Shown here piece after piece: positions 8,464 to 17,615 of a stretch of DNA of 32,000 nucleotides. The DNA is from Cylindrospermopsis raciborskii Cr2010 (GTDB lineage Bacteria > Cyanobacteriota > Cyanobacteriia > Cyanobacteriales > Nostocaceae): positions 2,820,001-2,852,000 of the forward strand of contig NZ_CP065936.1 in the NCBI RefSeq assembly GCF_003367075.2, given 5' to 3'. A program made the position numbers and the translations under genes. The notes under the pieces were generated by a model. It was not told the origin of the DNA and made no database searches. It saw only the letters and a list, made by a program, of their open reading frames with translations. Position 1 is the stretch's first letter, and each line of letters opens with the position of its first letter.

Positions 8464-9402
8464 CAACACTTCCCTAGATACATGGGTGCCATTGAGACGG
8501 TCTATTTCCCTGATTCCTGTGGGACTGGTAACATTGACTTCCGTCAAATAGCCACCAATGATGTCAATGCCAACAAAAATTAACCCATGCTGACGCAGTT
8601 TATGGGCTAATAGTTGACAAATTTCTTCCTCTCTGGTGGTGATTTCTGTTTTTGCTACTGTGCCACCCGCAGCCATGTTATTGCGAAAATCATTGCCACT
8701 AGCTAGACGATTGAGCGCCCCCATAGGTTGACCATTAATTAAAATGATTCGCTTGTCCCCATTTTTCGCCTCTGGCAAATAGGTTTGCACCATGACTGGT
8801 AATCGCCCCCGCATGGTGCTAATCTCAACTATGGAATTAAAATTGCGATCGCCTGCCTGTACAATTAGTATTCCTTCCCCGGCCTTATTACCTAAGGGCT
8901 TAATAACTGTTGTGCCTTTTTTTTCCACAAAGTCCCGAATTACATCTTTATCTGCACTAACAATAGTTTCAGGAATTGCTTCTTTGAATTGTAGTGCATA
9001 CATTTTTTCATTAGCAGATCTGATACCACTAGGAGAGTTAACCACCAGAGTTTTGCCAGGATCAATGTAGTCTAAAATATAAGTAGCATAGAGGTAGGAA
9101 TCATTAACTGGGGGATCTGTCCTCATAAATACAGCGTGCATAGATTCCAAGGGAGCAAAAACAGCCTGACCCAAATTATACCAAGGATTTGCTGCTACCC
9201 AACGTCCCTGCACCAATTCGACTGGAGTTATTTCTATAGGTTGAAGTAGGGCCCAGGCTTGACCGTGGATAACATTCAGTAGGTTAACCTGAGTTATCCA
9301 GACCTCATGTCCTAGGATTTGTGCTGCTTCCATCAAGGCCACACTGGTATCATGACAGGGGTCTAGCTGATGGATAGGATCAATAATAAAAGCTAATTTC
9401 AC
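8425..9402 (-). CDS. gshB: glutathione synthetase (ATP-grasp)
   Basis: The N-terminus (M)[27 protein letters not shown] and the C-terminus [23 protein letters not shown] match prokaryotic GshB. GTG start at 9402, 2 nt after the grxC stop. Confidence 0.92.
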   Translation of the reverse strand: MKLAFIIDPIHQLDPCHDTSVALMEAAQILGHEVWITQVNLLNVIHGQAWALLQPIEITPVELVQGRWVAANPWYNLGQAVFAPLESMHAVFMRTDPPVNDSYLYATYILDYIDPGKTLVVNSPSGIRSANEKMYALQFKEAIPETIVSADKDVIRDFVEKKGTTVIKPLGNKAGEGILIVQAGDRNFNSIVEISTMRGRLPVMVQTYLPEAKNGDKRIILINGQPMGALNRLASGNDFRNNMAAGGTVAKTEITTREEEICQLLAHKLRQHGLIFVGIDIIGGYLTEVNVTSPTGIREIDRLNGTHVSREVLSLIIAGIRTSPL

Positions 9403-9404
9403 TG

Positions 9405-9674
9405 CTAGTCCTCAGAATTTTGCAGTAGTGGATCCAGACCCCCTCTACGGTCTAGGGCGTGAATATCATCACAACCACCAATGTGGACGTCATTAATAAA
9501 AATTTGGGGTACAGAGCGTTTTCCATTTGCCCGCATAGCCATTTTCCCCCTTGCTTCCTCATTCCCATCAATTTTGTATTCGGTAAATTGCACCCCTTTA
9601 GATGTAAGCAAGCCTTTGGCAAGTATACAAAATGGACAAGCACTCCAAGTATAAATTTCTACTTTTGCAGTCAT
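9405..9674 (-). CDS. grxC: glutaredoxin 3 (CPFC active site)
   Basis: 89 aa. Motifs VEIYTWSACPFCILAK, RSVPQIFINDVHIGGCDD. GGAAGG Shine-Dalgarno upstream of the ATG. Confidence 0.9.
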   Translation of the reverse strand: MTAKVEIYTWSACPFCILAKGLLTSKGVQFTEYKIDGNEEARGKMAMRANGKRSVPQIFINDVHIGGCDDIHALDRRGGLDPLLQNSED

Positions 9675-9762
9675 AACCTTCCTAGATACTCCCTAATTCT
9701 AGATAATTTCCCAACTTAACCTTATGAAAATTCTACATCATCAATTTGACATTGCCATGTTT

Positions 9763-11571
9763 TTAAAATCCTTGTTCTTGTATCATTGGTTCTAGAGCAT
9801 ATTCAATCAACTGTGACAGTCGTAGTCTGAGAGTTTCCAACCCCAAACGCTGACCAGCTGATATAAACACACTCAAAGGAAATTCCTCCCGTGCGGAAAC
9901 TAGTACTTCATTATTGACCCGATCAATTTTATTAAAAACAACCAAAGCAGGTCCAGGAGTAATAGGCATTTGAGCTAGAATTTCTCGTACTGATCTAATA
10001 TGACTTAACCAAGCAGGGTGGGATAAATCAACTAGATGTATTAAGGCGTCTGCTTCCGTAACTTCCTCCAAAGTAGCACGAAAGGCATCCATCAAAGAAT
10101 TGGGCAACTCATGGATAAACCCCACGGTATCCGTAATTAAGGCCTCCCGAACTTGATGGTTTTCCCCTTGGGGAATAACTAAACGACGGGTGGTAGGGTC
10201 AAGGGTGGCAAATAGCTGATCAGCTGTATAAACCTGGGCATTAGTTAGGGCGTTAAGTAGAGTAGACTTACCCGCATTAGTATATCCCACCAAAGCCACC
10301 GATGGTATTTCCCGATGTTGTCGTTTTTGACGCAAACGGCAACGATGGGCCTGCAATTGGTTAACTTCCTGTTGTAGTCGGGAAATACGTCTTTGAATGG
10401 CTCGTCTTTCCGTTTCTAGTTTGGTTTCACCAGGTCCACGAGTTCCTATTCCGCCTCCCAACCGCGACATAGCCCTCCCCCTACCAGTTAATCGTGGTAG
10501 CATATATTCCAGTTGAGCTAGTTCTACTTGTAACTTCCCAGCTCCCGATTGAGCCCGCTGGGCAAATATATCCAATATTACTTCTGTACGATCAACTACT
10601 CTAATACCAATCTGGGATTCTAAGTTTCGTACTTGAGCGGGTGATAAATCCCGATCAAAAACAATCAGATTGGCCCCCTGAGTTTGAGCAGTTAAAGCCA
10701 CCTCCTGGACTTTTCCTTGACCAATAACCGTTTGGGGATGAATGCGCGATCGCTTTTGCTGGATGCTTTCCAACACCTCTCCCCCTGCTGTATCTACTAA
10801 CCTAGCCAGCTCAGCTATAGTATCTTGGAATTTTTGGTCACTTACATCATCAGTGAATACTCCTACGACGATGACTCGGTCATGATCGCCATTTACTTCC
10901 TGTCCAACATATTCCCGCTCAAATTCTGCCTCTAAACCCTCTACCAAACCCAGAAAATCCATTTGGGCAATTGCATCTAAGCTTAGGGGAGGTGAAACGT
11001 GAAAATCAGGAGATCTCGATTCCCCAACAGTCATAACCGATGACGGACTAAAAGACAGTCTTGTACTATTACACACCAAATGAGCTAAGTACACCCCTTT
11101 AACATAACCAGTTGCTCCCCCACCTCTTTTTGTAAATCCTGTGCCCGTAAGATTTAAAATGACCAAAGCATCCAATCGCTGTAACAGCATTGCTGTGAGT
11201 GCTGCTTCATGGGGAGGTTCTGATTTGAGATTTGTTGCTATGCAGCGAATCCCACTGAGTCTTTCTGCACCATAGCGTGGAATTTCCATGGGAGGAATTT
11301 GAGTTTGACGCACAGTGCCTACACCAACTCTAATCACTTTTCCTTTACGATTAATGTAAGAGCAAATAGGTTGGTTTATTTCTGTACTAATTGCTGCCAG
11401 CCTTTGAGCAAACTCAGATGTAGTAATAAAATTACCTGGTACGCGCTGATGATACAGTCGTTGTAATTGTCTGAGTTGGCTGGATTTTAAACCCTGTAGA
11501 TTTCCGAAAATAGTCTCTATAGGCCCATGACCAGTTACCTGGCCCTCCAAATCATGTTTATATTCTAACAA
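9763..11571 (-). CDS. hflX: GTPase HflX (long cyanobacterial form)
   Basis: HflX N-domain with glycine-rich segment GGGIGTRGPGETKLE. G1 GYTNAGKSTLLNAL, G3 DTVGF, G4 NKID. No ATG is available; the track start is the TTG at 11571, so the 5' end is uncertain. Confidence 0.88.
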   Translation of the reverse strand: MLEYKHDLEGQVTGHGPIETIFGNLQGLKSSQLRQLQRLYHQRVPGNFITTSEFAQRLAAISTEINQPICSYINRKGKVIRVGVGTVRQTQIPPMEIPRYGAERLSGIRCIATNLKSEPPHEAALTAMLLQRLDALVILNLTGTGFTKRGGGATGYVKGVYLAHLVCNSTRLSFSPSSVMTVGESRSPDFHVSPPLSLDAIAQMDFLGLVEGLEAEFEREYVGQEVNGDHDRVIVVGVFTDDVSDQKFQDTIAELARLVDTAGGEVLESIQQKRSRIHPQTVIGQGKVQEVALTAQTQGANLIVFDRDLSPAQVRNLESQIGIRVVDRTEVILDIFAQRAQSGAGKLQVELAQLEYMLPRLTGRGRAMSRLGGGIGTRGPGETKLETERRAIQRRISRLQQEVNQLQAHRCRLRQKRQHREIPSVALVGYTNAGKSTLLNALTNAQVYTADQLFATLDPTTRRLVIPQGENHQVREALITDTVGFIHELPNSLMDAFRATLEEVTEADALIHLVDLSHPAWLSHIRSVREILAQMPITPGPALVVFNKIDRVNNEVLVSAREEFPLSVFISAGQRLGLETLRLRLSQLIEYALEPMIQEQGF

Positions 11572-11582
11572 AAAGTTGAAAT

Positions 11583-12908
11583 TTACAAAAGGGTTGCTAG
11601 AGCTTCTCTAAATTCCTGGATTCCCTGAATCAGGGGGTGAATATCATACCAGCGCTGTATTTCCCCTTCTTTATCCAAATAGCGATATTCTAATAAGCAA
11701 CGATTAAACATTAGATTGCGATACTGATCATCATTAAGGATGCGTTTGGAAATGGATACCTCTGCTAATAAATACCATTGATGATTTTCTACAGCACGGC
11801 GGTAGGTATCTCTAGCTTGAGTAATAGCTCGTCGAACTGCTCTTTCAGATATGGGTAAATCTTGGGTGCGTCCAATGGCATCCTGGGTCAATAGTAATAG
11901 ATTTCGGACATGACCTCCGCTCATTAAACAAAGTTTTTCCAAAGTGTCTGGACTGTCAAAAATTTCGGTTTCTATAGATATATTTGGTGCAAATTGCCGA
12001 ACTCGTCTCCCAATTACCTCGGTTAACCTTTTCAAACCTGGTTGATAAACTTCTCCTTGAGGAGTGCGCACCATCACCATTGGTAAAACTTGGGGATCAC
12101 CATAAATGTCGCGTAGATCAGTAGCTCTAGTGGAATAAACCATAGCAATGGGAACTGTGTAGATGAGGTGACAGTCCAGAGACTTGAGCTGCTCACACCG
12201 GTCTAGAAAAACCTCTTCATAATTAGTCCGATTTCCTTCCTTGACCAGTATCATCCGATCTAAGTTATCAACAATTACTGCTAATTGGTGTTGTTTCGAT
12301 GGCAATCGTTTCTTCGCGTCTCCAATAAATTCATTTAACACCCTAATTAAAGTTACCGTGTGGGGGTTTACCTTCTCTCGAATCTGTTGACGTAATTCGG
12401 GGACTGCTCTTAGGTTAGCTGTTAACTTAGCAAACTGAGTAATTTGCATCTCTATGTTCATATCCTCAAGATGAATTTCTGTCAGTGCTAAATCTTTTAG
12501 ATCTTGCCAACGCTCTTTCAGCCAGTTTATTACTGGTTGAGGATTACCTATTTGTTGTAAATCTTTAAGTAACCTGCGGGTACAAGCCAGAAGAATATCG
12601 GTATAATGAGCATCCTCTGAATCTATATCCTCTTCATCGGCGGCAAAATAAATTACGTAAAACTGCCTCTCTTCCAGATATTTCTTCAATCTTAGTAATT
12701 CAGTAGATTTACCTGCTCCTCTGTGTCCAGAATACAGTTGACAAGTATTTCCCCGTGCCAGCTGAATGCGATTTCCCAATTCCTCTAAAATATCTGCCTC
12801 ACCTCTGACGTCTTGACAGTCTACATAGTTAGGATCTCCTGCTGACAGAGGTTGGAACGGGTTAAAGGCATTATAAAGGTTTTTGAGCAGTTCCGCATTT
12901 TGGGACAT
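11583..12908 (-). CDS. P-loop NTPase, AAA+/STAND-like (ORC/Cdc6- or Arch-ATPase-like), function unknown
   Basis: 441 aa, ATG start. Walker A GHRGAGKST (nt 12728-12702), Walker B-like LAVIVDNLDR, sensor-like LIYTVPIA, lid-like MSGGHVRNLLLL, and a helical, possibly winged-helix C-terminus. No effector or TM domain recognised. Confidence 0.7.
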   Translation of the reverse strand: MSQNAELLKNLYNAFNPFQPLSAGDPNYVDCQDVRGEADILEELGNRIQLARGNTCQLYSGHRGAGKSTELLRLKKYLEERQFYVIYFAADEEDIDSEDAHYTDILLACTRRLLKDLQQIGNPQPVINWLKERWQDLKDLALTEIHLEDMNIEMQITQFAKLTANLRAVPELRQQIREKVNPHTVTLIRVLNEFIGDAKKRLPSKQHQLAVIVDNLDRMILVKEGNRTNYEEVFLDRCEQLKSLDCHLIYTVPIAMVYSTRATDLRDIYGDPQVLPMVMVRTPQGEVYQPGLKRLTEVIGRRVRQFAPNISIETEIFDSPDTLEKLCLMSGGHVRNLLLLTQDAIGRTQDLPISERAVRRAITQARDTYRRAVENHQWYLLAEVSISKRILNDDQYRNLMFNRCLLEYRYLDKEGEIQRWYDIHPLIQGIQEFREALATLL

Positions 12909-12935
12909 AAGTAAACAGCCTGGGTTAATTTGAGG

Positions 12936-14513
12936 TCAATCGTGAAAAGTTTTATTAATTAGGGCCTGAAAGCGTGCATCTTCTCTAATGCGATCAAAAT
13001 CAGGATCAGCTTTTGCCATTTGTGTAAATTGTTCAGGTTTAAGACTAACTGCATTTTCTAAGTTTTCTAGTGCTTCTTGAATTTTACCCTGAACTGCATA
13101 ACAACAGGCTTTGTTATAAAAAGCATATTGATCATCTGGCTTGATTTTCAGAGCTTGATCATAAGAAAAGATAGCTTCTTCTATGTGTCCTAGATCCTCC
13201 AATGCATTGCCTCTATTGTTCCAGCTATAGTGGTCATCTGGTTTCAGTTTCAAGGCCTGATCATAAGATAAAAGTGCCGCTTCGTTTTGTTTGAGTTTTT
13301 TTAGTACAACTCCCCGATTATACCAAGCATAGTAGTCATCGGGTTGCAAGCTTAGCGCCTGATCATAACAAAAAACTGCCTCCTGATATCTGCCTAAACT
13401 TCTCAAGGCAATGCCTCTATTGTTCCATACATTACTCTCATCGGGTTTAATTTTTATGGCTTGACCATAAGATAAAATTGCCTCCTCATTACACCCTATA
13501 TTCCTGAGTGCATTACCCCTGTTGTACCAGAAATAGTGATCATCGGTCTTAATTTTTATAGCTTGATTGTAAGATAAAATTGCTTCTTGATCTCGATGTA
13601 GTTTACGCTGGCAATTACCTAGTGCATACCAGCAAAACGGGTCATCTCGTCGTAATTTCAGAGCCTGGCGATAGGATACAATGGCGGCTTCATACCTGGA
13701 TAAACTAAACAGTGCATGTCCGTGATTACACCAAGCACCATGATCATCTGGTTGAAGTTTCAGTTCCTGCTCATAAAATGTAATGGCTGTTTCGTATTCG
13801 TTAGCGGAATACAGTAGATTCCCCATTTCAAATAACAATCTAGCTTTGTTACTATCATTTTGGTATTTTTCTGTCAGCAGTTCTTGAATTTCCAACATTG
13901 TTTCGATTTTCTGTTGGGGAGTAAGCTCTAAATATTTTTTATAGTCTCCCTCCATAATTAAACGACGAGATTCTTCGTCTACCAATTCTGCTGTGGTTGG
14001 TAAATCATACACTCCAGATCGCCAATCAAAAAAGTCTGGGGCGCGATGAATCAAATAATTTAGAGAAAATGACCGTAGTAAGAACACAAAGCAAAATGAG
14101 AAATCATCTCTGAATCTTTCTCGCTGTTGATTGAGATGATTTAGTATGGGGGGCACCTTGGTCAAGTTGGTGAACTGTCCCTCCGTAACTTCACCAAAAT
14201 TCCTTTTCTCATACTTGTATAGGGAGTATTCTAAACCTTTAACTAGGAGGATATCAATAGTTTGTCCCTGCACATAGTTTTTTACATGCTCATAGAACTT
14301 CTCTATTGGTTCCCATAAGTTTAGTAAGGCTATTTTTTTGTTAGCTAGGTCACGACTAATATGTTGAGCAAAGTTATCAGCTTCAATAGGTGTGCACTGC
14401 ACAAAGTACAGACCAAATCCCACTTTTCGTTCCAGAGTGGAAATTAAATCCTGATATATTTCCTGTGGATCTGGTGGTAGATCATCATCCCAGTTAGAAT
14501 AGTTGGGTTTCAT
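12936..14513 (-). CDS. TPR-repeat protein with ~215-aa N-terminal domain of unknown function (possible degenerate NTPase-like module)
   Basis: 525 aa, ATG start. Eight 34-aa TPRs (aa ~222-495) follow the consensus W-N-RG-AL--LGRY-EA--SYDQALK-KPDD. C-terminal cap is DPDFDRIREDARFQALI. The N-domain has strand-like GFGLYFVQC and IDILLVKGLE but no GK[ST]. Confidence 0.8.
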   Translation of the reverse strand: MKPNYSNWDDDLPPDPQEIYQDLISTLERKVGFGLYFVQCTPIEADNFAQHISRDLANKKIALLNLWEPIEKFYEHVKNYVQGQTIDILLVKGLEYSLYKYEKRNFGEVTEGQFTNLTKVPPILNHLNQQRERFRDDFSFCFVFLLRSFSLNYLIHRAPDFFDWRSGVYDLPTTAELVDEESRRLIMEGDYKKYLELTPQQKIETMLEIQELLTEKYQNDSNKARLLFEMGNLLYSANEYETAITFYEQELKLQPDDHGAWCNHGHALFSLSRYEAAIVSYRQALKLRRDDPFCWYALGNCQRKLHRDQEAILSYNQAIKIKTDDHYFWYNRGNALRNIGCNEEAILSYGQAIKIKPDESNVWNNRGIALRSLGRYQEAVFCYDQALSLQPDDYYAWYNRGVVLKKLKQNEAALLSYDQALKLKPDDHYSWNNRGNALEDLGHIEEAIFSYDQALKIKPDDQYAFYNKACCYAVQGKIQEALENLENAVSLKPEQFTQMAKADPDFDRIREDARFQALINKTFHD

Positions 14514-14548
14514 AATTCAATAGTATATGCTATGGAAGAAAACAGGAC

Positions 14549-16957
14549 TTATCTGGGAGCCATCTGGTTTTGTGGTTTCACACCTCTCAACAAAAGAGAG
14601 TTAGTCACCACGCTAACGGAACTAAAAGCCATAATCGCAGCAGCACTAGAGGGAGTTAGGACAAAATGTAAGCTGGGTAAGAGAACCCCAGCAGCTAAGG
14701 GGATGGCAATGGTGTTATAGGCAAAGGCCCAAAATAGGTTTTGACGAATTTTAGTGAAAGTTTTACGAGCAAGTTGGATAGATGCTACCACATCACTCAA
14801 GCTGTCACCCATAAGGACAATTTCCGCACTTTCCATAGCCACGTCTGTTCCTGAACTCAGGGCAATTCCCACATCCGCTTGGGATAAAGCGGGTGCATCG
14901 TTGATACCATCTCCCACCATAGCTACCACACAGGAATTATCACCTACATTTAAGCTACCCTGCTGGAGAGAACGAATTAGTCCAGCTTTTTGCTCTGGAG
15001 TAACGCCAGCAATAACATTGGTACTATCGAGACCAAGCTGTTGGGCAATCACAACTGCTGCTTCTAACCTATCACCGCTGAGGACTATAACATGTAAACC
15101 CATTCTTTGCAAGTGGTTTACTGTTAATTTGGCATCGGGTCTAATGGTATCACTAACAGCTATTAAACCTGCCAAAATGTCATCCACAGCAACACCAATG
15201 ACTGTTTTTCCTTCCTTTGCCAGTTTTTGTCCTTGTTCTTGGGTAGTTGTATTGATAGTAATTCCATGACTGTTTAACCATTCCCAGTTACCCAACAGCA
15301 CACTTTTCCCCTCTACCATAGCGGAAACTCCCATACCTGGTTCCGTGTAAAAATTCATGGCATGGGGGATGGGTAAATTTAGCTTTTCTCCCGACTGCTG
15401 TATGGCTTTCGCTAGGGGATGACAAGTGCCTTTTTCCACCGCTGCTGCTAATTGCATCAAATTGGTAGTGTCTATATCTGTTAGTGGTAGACAGTCTGTA
15501 ACTATGGGATTACCTGTGGTAAGAGTACCAGTTTTGTCAAATACGATGGTGTTTAAATGGTGAACCTTTTCTAATACATCCCCACCCTTGATTAGTAACC
15601 CAGATTCTGCTCCCACACCAGTCCCTACCAAGATAGCTGTGGGTGTGGCTAGTCCTAAAGCACAGGGACAAGCTACTACTAAAACTGCGATCGCCAGTTT
15701 TAAACTAATGAGCAGTGCCGAATTTTGATCATTGAGTAGGGGGATAGAATGATTACCCATGACCATTCCAGAAGTAATATACACCTCTGGCCAAACACGA
15801 GTTCCTATAAAATACCAGAATGCCCAGGTTAGAAAAGAAGCTGTTAAAACAGCATAAGTAAAATAACCAGCAATGGTATCAGCCAATTTTTGCACAGGAG
15901 CTTTACGAGTTTGGGCACTTTCTACCAGAGCAACAATCTGAGCTAGGACAGTATCTTCACCGATTTTCCTAGCTACAATTGAGACAGTTCCTGACTGATT
16001 AATAGTTCCCGCTGCAACAGAATCTCCTGGTTGTTTAATTACAGGAACAGCTTCCCCAGTCAACATTGATTCATCAACGGTGGTTTGTCCAAACTGCACC
16101 TGACCATCGACGGGAATTTTATCCCCTGGTAGTACTTGTAACCACTCTCCCACTCGTACCTGGTCAGCTGGTATTTCAATAATATTAATGTTGGGACTAA
16201 CTGCTAATTTCTGGCCATCAGGGTTGACAATTAGTCTAGCAATTTGTGGTCTTAGGGCTAACAATTGATGAAATGCTGATGCAGCGCGCCCTTTAGCTTG
16301 TTTCTCCAAGGTTTTACCCAAGAGGATAAAGCCCAACATCATTACTGGTTCATCAAAGAAACAGTCCCAACCCATCCGGGGAAATAAAAGTGCAACTAAA
16401 CTAGTAATATAAGCAGTTAAAGTTCCTAAAGCGATTAAGGTATTCATATTTGGGGATCCTCGTCGCCAACCCAACCAACCATCTATAATGATTGGACGAC
16501 CAGGAAACAGGAGTGCAAGGGTTGCCAATGCACAATGAAACCAAATGTTATTTAACCCAATGGTACTCAAAATAGGAAATAAATGACTGCCAAAGTGTCC
16601 CAGTCCTGAAAACAGCAACAGTCCAGAAGCAACTATTAACTGCATAAAAGCAGATCTCATTTCTTGGTCTTGCTTTCCAACCCTGCTGAACCCTTGAGAG
16701 TTTCGCATTTCTGAGGGGAACCCTTTCGCTGTTAATACCTGTGCCAGCGTATCCCCCTCAACAGCATCTTCTATTTCTACCACAGCAATTTCTGTAGCTA
16801 GATTCACACAGGCGCTTTTTACCCCCGGGTGTTGGGTTAACTGTGTTTCTACCGCTTTTACACAGCCAGCACACTTCATACCGCTAACATCGAGTATGAC
16901 TTTTCTAGTTGTTGCAGCGCTTTCTTCTGTCAATTCATTTTTTTGTGCAAGTTGCAT
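14549..16957 (-). CDS. copper(I)-translocating P1B-type ATPase (CtaA/PacS/CopA family)
   Basis: N-terminal HMA domain GMKCAGC, TM6 CPC (ACPCALGLATP), DKTGTLT, GDGINDAP, TM7 YN (FAYNTIAIP), and TM8 MxxSS (MAFSSVSV), which together indicate Cu(I) specificity. Confidence 0.93.
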   Translation of the reverse strand: MQLAQKNELTEESAATTRKVILDVSGMKCAGCVKAVETQLTQHPGVKSACVNLATEIAVVEIEDAVEGDTLAQVLTAKGFPSEMRNSQGFSRVGKQDQEMRSAFMQLIVASGLLLFSGLGHFGSHLFPILSTIGLNNIWFHCALATLALLFPGRPIIIDGWLGWRRGSPNMNTLIALGTLTAYITSLVALLFPRMGWDCFFDEPVMMLGFILLGKTLEKQAKGRAASAFHQLLALRPQIARLIVNPDGQKLAVSPNINIIEIPADQVRVGEWLQVLPGDKIPVDGQVQFGQTTVDESMLTGEAVPVIKQPGDSVAAGTINQSGTVSIVARKIGEDTVLAQIVALVESAQTRKAPVQKLADTIAGYFTYAVLTASFLTWAFWYFIGTRVWPEVYITSGMVMGNHSIPLLNDQNSALLISLKLAIAVLVVACPCALGLATPTAILVGTGVGAESGLLIKGGDVLEKVHHLNTIVFDKTGTLTTGNPIVTDCLPLTDIDTTNLMQLAAAVEKGTCHPLAKAIQQSGEKLNLPIPHAMNFYTEPGMGVSAMVEGKSVLLGNWEWLNSHGITINTTTQEQGQKLAKEGKTVIGVAVDDILAGLIAVSDTIRPDAKLTVNHLQRMGLHVIVLSGDRLEAAVVIAQQLGLDSTNVIAGVTPEQKAGLIRSLQQGSLNVGDNSCVVAMVGDGINDAPALSQADVGIALSSGTDVAMESAEIVLMGDSLSDVVASIQLARKTFTKIRQNLFWAFAYNTIAIPLAAGVLLPSLHFVLTPSSAAAIMAFSSVSVVTNSLLLRGVKPQNQMAPR

Positions 16958-17055
16958 AACAAGCTATATGGCTAAAACTAGTGCCATCTCTAGGATAAAC
17001 AAAATCTGGAGATTTAAGTGTAAGTAGGATAGAAAATAGGGATGATTAGGGCGTA

Positions 17056-17331
17056 TTAAAACCAGCGCTGTTTACCTATAAAATAAGTATCAACAAAATC
17101 CTCATGGTTTTTATTCAGGTAAATCATACCTTCAATCAGACCAATCAGTTGCATAATAATCAATGTCAATCCAAAGGTGAGAGAACCCCCAACTACAGAA
17201 ATAACCAACATAATAAAACCTTCGGGCGCATAACCAAGGATAAATTTATGAATACCAAATCCACCGAAAATAATACCACAGTAACCTGCCAAAAGCTGTT
17301 TACTGCCATGGGACGGGTTGAGATTAGCCAT
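17056..17331 (-). CDS. TM2 domain-containing small membrane protein
   Basis: Two predicted TM helices and a TM2-like core, GGFGIHKFILGY. The track start at 17337 is a TTG; an ATG at 17331 gives MANLNPSHG... Confidence 0.65.
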   Translation of the reverse strand: MANLNPSHGSKQLLAGYCGIIFGGFGIHKFILGYAPEGFIMLVISVVGGSLTFGLTLIIMQLIGLIEGMIYLNKNHEDFVDTYFIGKQRWF

Positions 17332-17615
17332 ATTCAATCACTCCTAGACAGGGTTTGCTGAAAATGTAGATAGGGGAATGGAGAGTTAAATACAATTATT
17401 GATGATAATTATTTTGTCTTCAACGCAAAATTGGCACAGAAAATAAAATTTTCGGTAGCAAATGAGCAAGAACCGAGGATGAAAGTATCTTGCCGTGTGC
17501 AATATTAAGTAAAGGTGTCGTCAATCTTGGTGTTTAACTAACCACCTTTACGTTTACAATTGAAACTAGATGAAGTCCGGAAATTTTCCAGATCGGTTTT
17601 TAAAAACATCTGGCT

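Noticed and set aside
12960-13850. About 102-bp periodicity, which could suggest a tandem repeat or CRISPR-like array.
   Set aside because: The periodicity is at the protein level (34-aa TPR units) with diverged nucleotide sequence inside one continuous ORF. There are no identical direct repeats or spacers.
14754-15269. 171-aa plus-strand ORF, and many other 60-130-aa track ORFs lying antisense to or overlapping recognised genes. Examples: 514-732, 3994-4290, 4872-5144, 6112-6294, 7194-8129 (three ORFs), 8792-9070, 9452-9719, 14532-14720, 17104-17361, 17887-18645, 19035-20001, 20466-20717, 22851-23079, 25481-25666, 26312-26521, 27056-27289, 28202-28718, 29248-29496, 30769-31263, 31733-31945.
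   Set aside because: Each lies entirely within a confidently identified gene on the other strand or in another frame. Their composition is low-complexity or odd (Ser/Pro/Thr/Cys-rich), they have no recognisable motifs, and several start at TTG/GTG. This is typical shadow-ORF noise.
17576-17581. TCCGGA (DIF1-like heterocyst promoter motif) in the pmbA/TM2 intergenic region.
   Set aside because: A palindromic hexamer is expected several times by chance in 32 kb. There is no matching -10 element at the right spacing and no heterocyst-related gene downstream.
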